Shown: positions 1-4,413 of the stretch, one piece after another
Position numbering within the stretch: position 1 is the first letter of the stretch
Layout of the letters: every line of letters begins with the position of its first letter
Source of the DNA: a virus
Taxonomy: Duplodnaviria > Heunggongvirae > Uroviricota > Caudoviricetes
Direction: 5' to 3' (one strand)
Length of the DNA: 4,413 bases
IMG/VR virus record: IMGVR_UViG_2778261454_000003
Notes under the pieces: model-generated
What the model saw: the letters and a program-made list of their open reading frames with translations, nothing else
Database searches by the model: none
Told to the model about the DNA's origin: nothing
Program-made: the position numbers and the translations under genes

Positions 1-40
1 CGCTTACCGCTCATGGGCACCTCTCTTTAAGCCATCTTAA

Positions 41-400
41 ATGACTCTGAGGTGTCTGTTAAACCCGTGGCGATTCAGTATGAGCATTATCAGTACTGCT
101 AAAGGTGCTGCAAATGGACAATTCCACGGCGGCATAGATGAGCTACCAGCAGGGTATGATAACAAATCATTCGTACTTAAAGCTGGTGAACGTGTAGTAC
201 AACCTGAAGCTAACAAGAAACTAACAGCATTTCTTGATAAACATGAAGGGGGTAGTAGTTCTGGTGATGTGACCATTAACGCACCTTTGATCATTCAAGG
301 TGATGTAGCTGGTGATGATAAGAAATTCAATGAAATGTTGAAGAAACATCAAAACAGTGTAGCACAGGCTTACAGAAGCTCTATTAAGCGTAATTCATAA
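41..400 (+). CDS. Lambda-type tail tape measure protein, C-terminal domain-like ORF (possible orphaned fragment; start uncertain, ATG 41 or ATG 80)
   Basis: Open frame from ATG 41 to TAA 398-400, followed at once by a hairpin terminator. The translation (Gly-rich stretch, then ELPAGYDNKSFVLKAGERVV ... DVTINAPLIIQGDV ... FNEMLKKHQNSVAQAY) resembles in pattern my recollection of the lambda gpH C-terminus (unverified, no search run). Position just upstream of gpM-like/gpL-like genes matches lambda H-M-L order. Hand-counted GC about 43% on one 60-nt stretch. No clear Shine-Dalgarno before either candidate ATG, and an in-frame TAA at 38-40 closes the frame upstream. Confidence 0.55.
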   Translation: MTLRCLLNPWRFSMSIISTAKGAANGQFHGGIDELPAGYDNKSFVLKAGERVVQPEANKKLTAFLDKHEGGSSSGDVTINAPLIIQGDVAGDDKKFNEMLKKHQNSVAQAYRSSIKRNS

Positions 401-428
401 GAAAGCCCGATTAGGGCTTTCTGTTTCT
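400..428. terminator. Bidirectional intrinsic (rho-independent) terminator hairpin between convergent genes
   Basis: Perfect inverted repeat GAAAGCCC (401-408) / GGGCTTTC (414-421) with 5-nt loop GATTA (409-413), extendable by an A400:T422 pair. On the + strand it is followed by the T-rich tract TGTTTCT (422-428). On the - strand it is followed by TTATGAATTA (complement of 391-400). It sits directly after the + ORF stop at 398-400 and overlaps the stop codon of the - strand ORF (411-413). Confidence 0.6.
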
Positions 429-1037
429 CATATATTCCTTTTTTATTTTATATACAACCTTACGCATTCTATTTGCTTTTATCTTTCTAAGTAATTCACT
501 GAAACTAAAAATTGTGCTAATCGCAATGAGGAAAGTGTACACAAAAAGATTAATTAGCTTTCCGCTTTCAAAGTCCCAGAAAGGTTTGAATATGAAAACC
601 CCAACAAATAGCGGAAGTAAAAAACATCCAATCAATGAACTAACTACAGCAACACTAAGAATGTCTCCTTTTGAACTTTTTTTGATTTTACCATTCTTTG
701 GATTGTAAGCATCTCGTAATCCTTTATAAATTTTCAGTTCTAAGTTGAATTTCTCCAACTGAGAATAAAAATTCTCAATTTGTTTAATAGTTGTAAATTT
801 TAAATTCGTTTTGAAGTTGAATTTTGCTATGTCATGTTCAGCTTGCTCTATTTTAGCTAATTTTTCATTGAAATATTGCTTTTCGCCAATGAATATGCCC
901 CATATTTTATTAGCGACTATAGCCATGCTTCCACTACGATAGACAATATAAAGTGTGACCACGACAATCATCACATTAAGTAGTATTGCGGTTATTGCTG
1001 GAAATGACTTTATAAAAAGCTCAAAAGAATCTTTCAT
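411..1037 (-). CDS. Hypothetical integral membrane protein (208 aa, predicted 3 TM helices, basic C-terminal tail); moron-like antisense gene, candidate superinfection-exclusion/defence protein
   Basis: A 627-nt open frame in very AT-rich DNA (hand-counted about 25-33% GC on three 60-nt stretches), where stop codons are frequent by chance, so coding is likely. Hydrophobic segments at residues 12-33 (FPAITAILLNVMIVVVTLYIVY, nt 939-1004), 126-150 (ILSVAVVSSLIGCFLLPLFVGVFIF, nt 588-662) and 162-179 (LINLFVYTFLIAISTIFSF, nt 501-554). A charged, heptad-like region lies between them (residues 52-110). The C-terminal tail (residues 184-207, nt 417-488) carries about 12 Lys/Arg in 24 residues. Opposite orientation and lower GC than the flanking tail genes. 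No recognisable Shine-Dalgarno before ATG 1035-1037. No family recognised. Confidence 0.7.
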   Translation of the reverse strand: MKDSFELFIKSFPAITAILLNVMIVVVTLYIVYRSGSMAIVANKIWGIFIGEKQYFNEKLAKIEQAEHDIAKFNFKTNLKFTTIKQIENFYSQLEKFNLELKIYKGLRDAYNPKNGKIKKSSKGDILSVAVVSSLIGCFLLPLFVGVFIFKPFWDFESGKLINLFVYTFLIAISTIFSFSELLRKIKANRMRKVVYKIKKEYMRNRKP

Positions 1038-1054
1038 GGATAAATACTCTAAAC

Positions 1055-1068
1055 AAGGAAGTCGAGGA
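1055..1068 (+). promoter_or_regulatory. Ribosome-binding site for the gpM-like gene
   Basis: AAGGAAG (1055-1061) and GAGGA (1064-1068) lie 4-11 nt upstream of ATG 1073. Confidence 0.5.
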
Positions 1069-1069
1069 C

Positions 1070-1098
1070 ATTATGGCATCTTTTTCAAATAATGTGAA
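1070..1098 (-). promoter_or_regulatory. Candidate sigma70-type promoter for the minus-strand membrane-protein gene
   Basis: Read on the - strand: -35 TTCACA (complement of 1093-1098), a 17-nt spacer, then -10 CATAAT (complement of 1070-1075) preceded by TG one base upstream (TGcCATAAT, extended -10-like). The predicted transcript start near 1062 gives a leader of about 25 nt before ATG 1037. Sequence pattern only; the -10 overlaps the start codon of the divergent gpM-like gene. Confidence 0.25.
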
Positions 1099-1630
1099 GG
1101 TTACAAACTTTCAAATTAAAAGTACTGAACCAATTTACTCTAATCAAACATGGTCAGGGCAACGTATCATGAGATCAACGGGTATTCAGTTCTACAATAT
1201 TCAGTTCACACTCAATTTCAATCCTTCAGCACTAACTGAAGTTAATAGCTTTTTAGCTCAGTACGCACAAGGTAAACCATTTACTTTCTCACTTGGTGTA
1301 GCTGGTATATATCATGGTACACAAACTGGCTCAGTTACCAGTACTGGATTAATTCAACCTGGAAATATGATTATCCCAACAAGTAGCAATACATTAGCTG
1401 TTGGTGAATGGATTCAATTCACTAATCATAACAAGCTATATCGAATTGTAGAGCGTGCTGGAACAAGTATTACTATCTTTCCCGCACTACAGAATACAGT
1501 ACAGGCAAGTGAAGTAATCAAATATAACAACCTCATGATAGAGGCGGTATTAGATCCTGATAATGATTACACAATGCCAGTAGGTAACATTATGAACATC
1601 ACACTAAAGGCTACAGAGAACATACAATAA
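1073..1630 (+). CDS. Minor tail protein, lambda gpM-like (185 aa, with a C-terminal extension relative to lambda gpM)
   Basis: ATG 1073 with a Shine-Dalgarno just upstream; stop TAA 1628-1630 overlaps the next start (TAATG). The N-terminal ~80 residues (WSGQRIMRSTGIQFYNIQFTLNFNPSALTEVNSFLAQYAQGKPFTF) resemble in pattern the remembered lambda gpM core (YSQR ... KTYSVTLSVPREEATVLESFLEEHGGWKSFLW). Synteny: lies between the tape-measure-like ORF and gpL/J-like genes. Hand-counted GC about 40%. Confidence 0.8.
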   Translation: MASFSNNVKVTNFQIKSTEPIYSNQTWSGQRIMRSTGIQFYNIQFTLNFNPSALTEVNSFLAQYAQGKPFTFSLGVAGIYHGTQTGSVTSTGLIQPGNMIIPTSSNTLAVGEWIQFTNHNKLYRIVERAGTSITIFPALQNTVQASEVIKYNNLMIEAVLDPDNDYTMPVGNIMNITLKATENIQ

Positions 1631-2253
1631 TGAATGCTAGTACATACACAAATGCTAATCTTCTCAAGTACTGGAAATTAGTTAGAGGAACTACCAAAAC
1701 ACAACTAAGCCTAATGGATATTATGAGTTTAGGCGTTTTCGTAACGTGTTTTGATGTACTACCAAAAGGTACAAATGGTTTTCACTGGACTGATTCACTA
1801 ATTGATATTCCTCTTGATGGTTATCAATATACAAGTTTTCCCGATATTATCAGTGGTTTACTACCTTCATACTCTGAACAAAAGGGTATTACGAATGATG
1901 CTATTAACTTCAAGATAAGTAATGTAAATGCTTCAGTACGTGCTCTTGCTTTGGGCGGGTTCCTTAAAGATGCTCAGATGAATATCAAGTTAGTTATCTT
2001 GAATCCATATGATAGTACTGTAATTGATTCAATGCTTATGTTTACTGGATTCATTGATTACATTCAAGCCGTAGCAGATCCAAATGCTAAAACCAATGAA
2101 ATGACTGTATATGTCAATTCTGTATATAAGAAACTTGATCGTCAACCAGCTCTAATAGCTGCTAATTCAGTATATCAATCTTATTACAAGGGTGATGAAT
2201 ACTTTTCATTACTTGGTCAGGTTAACCAAAATCAAAATTGGAAATACAAATAA
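1630..2253 (+). CDS. Putative minor tail protein, lambda gpL-like by position (207 aa)
   Basis: ATG 1630 overlaps the upstream stop (TAATG), indicating translational coupling; stop TAA 2251-2253. Assignment rests mainly on gene order (after gpM-like, before the small tail protein and J-like gene) and size. Sequence resemblance to lambda gpL is weak and from memory; the C-terminal Cys cluster of lambda gpL is not evident. Confidence 0.7.
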   Translation: MNASTYTNANLLKYWKLVRGTTKTQLSLMDIMSLGVFVTCFDVLPKGTNGFHWTDSLIDIPLDGYQYTSFPDIISGLLPSYSEQKGITNDAINFKISNVNASVRALALGGFLKDAQMNIKLVILNPYDSTVIDSMLMFTGFIDYIQAVADPNAKTNEMTVYVNSVYKKLDRQPALIAANSVYQSYYKGDEYFSLLGQVNQNQNWKYK

Positions 2254-2657
2254 TGAAAAATCTACATAACGAAATTATGAATATCATTCAAACAGCAATT
2301 GATAGCCCTTATCAGTTCGGAACTAATGATTGTAACATTATAGTACTCCGATTAATTGACTTAATTAACGGTACTACAACCCTATCAGATCGCCAATATA
2401 CGAGCGTTAAAGAGGGTATAGCGGGTTTAAACAAGGAAGGATGGAACCACACAGGGGAAATAGTTGAAGCCTATTGTAAGCCCGTACAACACGTTATAGA
2501 TGGTGATATCTGGCTAGATCCTGATAACCCTCTAATCATGGCAGTAGTCGTATCAGGTCGTGTACTTGGTGTTACTGCTAATCATGACGGTTTTGAACTT
2601 CAACCGAAGCCAACAAAAGGAACATATTATAGAGTAAGGAAACATATAGATGGGTAA
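2253..2657 (+). CDS. Small tail-tip protein (134 aa from ATG 2253; 139 aa if ATG 2238), possible papain-fold (NlpC/P60-like) peptidase, gpK-like by position
   Basis: ATG 2253 overlaps the upstream stop TAA 2251-2253 (same TAATG coupling as at 1630); the alternative ATG 2238 would overlap the upstream gene by 16 nt. Stop TAA 2655-2657. Contains a Cys in a G-x-x-D-C context (YQFGTNDCNIIV) and downstream His residues (WNHTGEIVEAY, QHVIDGD, ANHDGFEL), as expected for NlpC/P60 Cys-His catalytic residues. Motif-level evidence only; no JAB/MPN-like domain is apparent. Confidence 0.7.
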   Translation: MKNLHNEIMNIIQTAIDSPYQFGTNDCNIIVLRLIDLINGTTTLSDRQYTSVKEGIAGLNKEGWNHTGEIVEAYCKPVQHVIDGDIWLDPDNPLIMAVVVSGRVLGVTANHDGFELQPKPTKGTYYRVRKHIDG

Positions 2658-4308
2658 GAGTTTAGGCGGCTTTTTTGGAGCCATTATAACAGCGGTCGTA
2701 GTTGCTGCTGCGGTCTACTTTTCAGGAGGAACGGCATTAGCTGCGGTTGGTTGGGGTGCTGCGGCAGGGGCAGTAAGTTTAGTTGCTACATCTATGCTAG
2801 CTCAAGTAGGGGTAACGGGTTATGGGGATGTATCGGATAGTATAAGTAGGTCAGTTTCCCCAACTACCGGATTGCCAGTACTGTTTGGTGGCGATCTTCC
2901 TCATAAGAATGGTACTTCAGGCGGTTCATTTGTTCTAACTGGTAGTATTGTTAGTTGGTACAACGTACCTGATTCAGATTCACAGTACCTATTTTCTGAA
3001 CAAGCAGTAGCGTATGCGGGTACTGAAAAACATATTGAACAAATTTACATTGATAATGAAGCAGTACTATCAGCCCCAATTACGCAAGATGGAATAGTAC
3101 CGAAAACATCTATTTCTGGTAAATATGCCGATGTACTCCAATTGGAAGTACGTTTTGGTGGTGATTATACAAGTACTAAATCCCTAGCAACTCAATACGC
3201 TGGACCGAAATGGACTAATAAATTTCTTGGTAAAGGTGTTGTTAGTATCAGTACTGTTATCAAGAAAACTCAAAAATCACTTGAAAATAACATTCTCGTA
3301 AATGACCAATTCGCACTAACTGTAGAAATGAAAGGTCAACGTATCTTTGATTTTGTAGATGGTACTATTAAAGCTAGTAGTAATCCACCTTCGATTATAT
3401 ACGATTACTTAACCAATACTGTGTATGGTATGAGTATTGATCCTAGTCTTATCAATCAAGATACATTCGCAGAAACTGCGGCATATTGTGATGCTTTTGA
3501 AATGTACGCCAACGGGGCAATTAGTTATCAAAGTACATTTATGGATAACATTGAAAATATTTGTCAGAGTTTTGGCGGTATCATGTATGTACACGCGGGG
3601 CAGATATGCCTAACTACAGACCGTAAAACTGTATCTGTAGCGTCATTTAATGAGCGTAATATGGTTGGTGGTATACAGGTTAGTACTTCAGGTGTATCAG
3701 ATTATTTCAACGCCGTAGATTGTAAATTCAAAAACCCTCAATCAATCTACACAACGGATGTAGTACGTATTCCTTCAGATATTACCATTGATGAAGCAAT
3801 CCAACATGACGGGCAAGTTATAGCATTATCACGTGATTATACTTGGAGTTATGATCAAGAAGTCATAGCTAAAATGGCAAACATAGATGTACTAAAAGCA
3901 AAATATGCCCTACGTACTATCAGCTTTACTACAAGTGAAGGATGGGATTTAAAAGTATGGGATGCTATTGATGTTAGTAATGATGAACTTGCTATTTCAG
4001 GTAAATTTAAAGTACTGAATAAAGATGTTAGTACTGATCAAGAGAATATTGGCTACGTTACTATCACTGCGGTGGAGGCACCAGATCAGATGTATGATGG
4101 CGTTGATCCGGGTGTATGGTCGCCGGGTGGTGTGATTAGCTTCCCTCAGCTATCAGTACTTCCACCATCTAACCTACAGGCTGTTAAGAAAGGTAATACT
4201 ACTGCTGGTTCGGTTATTGATCTAACGTGGGATGCTTCACCAGATCCATACCTACGCGGTTATTATGTGTACTATAAACTTAATAGTTCTTTGATCCTAC
4301 CCACGTAA
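2650..4308 (+). CDS. Tail tip / host-specificity protein, lambda gpJ-like N-terminal region fused to a gpI-like Gly/Ala-rich hydrophobic N-terminal segment; ends prematurely within an FN3-like domain (552 aa)
   Basis: ATG 2650 with AAGGA (2636-2640) 9 nt upstream; overlaps the upstream stop (ATGGGTAA). Residues 1-90 (GGFFGAIITAVVVAAAVYFSGGTALAAVGWGAAAGAVSLVATSMLAQVGV ... GLPVLFGG) resemble the hydrophobic Gly/Ala-rich segment I recall in lambda tail assembly protein I. Residues about 240-330 (IIYDYLTNTVYGMSIDPS ... AAYCDAF ... ICQSFGGIMYVHAGQICLTTDR) resemble the remembered conserved J-family tail-tip domain (lambda J: WCLWDMLTHPRYGMG ... QYCDQ ... TLTFVQDR). Near the C-terminus YVTITAVEAP is followed by PPSNLQAVKKGNTTAGSVIDLTWDASPDPYLRGYYVYYK, an FN3-like beginning. 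Stop TAA 4306-4308. Lambda J is over 1100 aa, so this ORF looks truncated. Confidence 0.85.
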   Translation: MGKSLGGFFGAIITAVVVAAAVYFSGGTALAAVGWGAAAGAVSLVATSMLAQVGVTGYGDVSDSISRSVSPTTGLPVLFGGDLPHKNGTSGGSFVLTGSIVSWYNVPDSDSQYLFSEQAVAYAGTEKHIEQIYIDNEAVLSAPITQDGIVPKTSISGKYADVLQLEVRFGGDYTSTKSLATQYAGPKWTNKFLGKGVVSISTVIKKTQKSLENNILVNDQFALTVEMKGQRIFDFVDGTIKASSNPPSIIYDYLTNTVYGMSIDPSLINQDTFAETAAYCDAFEMYANGAISYQSTFMDNIENICQSFGGIMYVHAGQICLTTDRKTVSVASFNERNMVGGIQVSTSGVSDYFNAVDCKFKNPQSIYTTDVVRIPSDITIDEAIQHDGQVIALSRDYTWSYDQEVIAKMANIDVLKAKYALRTISFTTSEGWDLKVWDAIDVSNDELAISGKFKVLNKDVSTDQENIGYVTITAVEAPDQMYDGVDPGVWSPGGVISFPQLSVLPPSNLQAVKKGNTTAGSVIDLTWDASPDPYLRGYYVYYKLNSSLILPT

Positions 4309-4309
4309 T

Positions 4310-4413
4310 ATGGACACAGGCCTAAGCGAGGTTCTTGTTTTCAAATTGTTCCGGACTGAGGCCGCCACACCAACTGTGCCGCCGCCACCGATTGTAATCA
4401 CATTCGATATAAT
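4310..4413 (+). CDS. Possible start of a downstream ORF, or a frame-shifted continuation of the J-like gene (partial, runs off the window end)
   Basis: ATG at 4310-4312, one nt after the J-like stop. The +1 frame is open from 4295 to the window end (SYPRNMDTGLSEVLVFKLFRTEAATPTVPPPPIVITFDI...), including a Pro-rich linker-like motif. No Shine-Dalgarno. Hand-counted GC about 50% over 4309-4413. A minus-strand frame is also open across 4300-4413, so coding strand and reality are unresolved. Confidence 0.2.
   Translation, partial: MDTGLSEVLVFKLFRTEAATPTVPPPPIVITFDI

Noticed and set aside
37-294. 85-aa ORF on the minus strand
   Set aside because: Lies entirely antisense to the longer 41-400 ORF, which has tape-measure-like sequence and a terminator right after it. 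The product is Ser/Pro/Leu-rich, as expected for the complement of a coding frame.
514-708. 64-aa ORF on the plus strand
   Set aside because: Embedded antisense within the 208-aa membrane protein ORF; no start signals; the 627-nt minus-strand frame is far less likely to be open by chance in such AT-rich DNA.
741-827. Short direct repeat AAGTTGAAT (about 741-756 and 813-827)
   Set aside because: Only 9-10 bp, inside a coding region at 25-30% GC where such repeats arise by chance; no spacer-repeat periodicity, so not a CRISPR array or iteron set.
3409-3594. 61-aa ORF on the minus strand
   Set aside because: Antisense within the J-like gene, in a region where the plus-strand product shows conserved tail-tip motifs; no independent support.
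4383-4394. GCCGCCGCCACC, a Kozak-like motif suggesting an engineered eukaryotic expression construct
   Set aside because: Not followed by ATG (next bases are GATTG). It is in frame with the open +1 ORF and simply encodes a Pro-Pro-Pro-Pro linker (ccg ccg cca ccg). Most likely coincidental.
4100-4413. Diversity-generating retroelement variable region at the 3' end of the tail fibre gene
   Set aside because: No adenine-depleted variable-region-like stretch, no nearby repeat copy and no reverse transcriptase ORF within the window; cannot be supported here.
4290-4413. Group I or group II intron interrupting the J-like gene
   Set aside because: No GUGYG-like group II 5' motif at the junction and no recognisable intron structure or homing endonuclease ORF in the 105 nt available. 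Too little sequence to call; the composition shift is reported as a finding instead.
1-4413. tRNA, rRNA, CRISPR array, integrase or transposase
   Set aside because: No cloverleaf-compatible segment, no repeat-spacer array, and no ORF with recombinase or transposase character was seen on either strand.

Overview
This 4.4 kb window reads as a fragment of a lambda-like siphovirus (probably prophage) tail module on the + strand, interrupted by one antisense gene. In order: a short ORF resembling the C-terminal domain of a lambda-type tape measure protein (41-400); a perfect hairpin terminator (400-428); an AT-rich minus-strand gene for a predicted three-helix membrane protein with a very basic C-terminal tail (411-1037); then four translationally coupled tail-tip genes (1073-4308): gpM-like, putative gpL-like, a small Cys/His-containing tail protein, and a 552-aa protein that joins a gpI-like Gly/Ala-rich hydrophobic segment to a J-like host-specificity N-terminal region. 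The most interesting element is the antisense membrane-protein gene, a moron-like insertion and candidate superinfection-exclusion or defence gene of unknown family. Three structural anomalies also stand out: the tape-measure-like ORF is cut off from anything upstream by stops in all three forward frames within the first 44 nt; the J-like protein stops inside what looks like a fibronectin-III-like domain; and both window edges are richer in GC (about 50%) than the tail genes (about 37-43%). All homology statements are from reading the translations against remembered lambda protein sequences, not from a search, and all GC values are hand counts on short stretches. No tRNA, rRNA, CRISPR array or transposase was seen.
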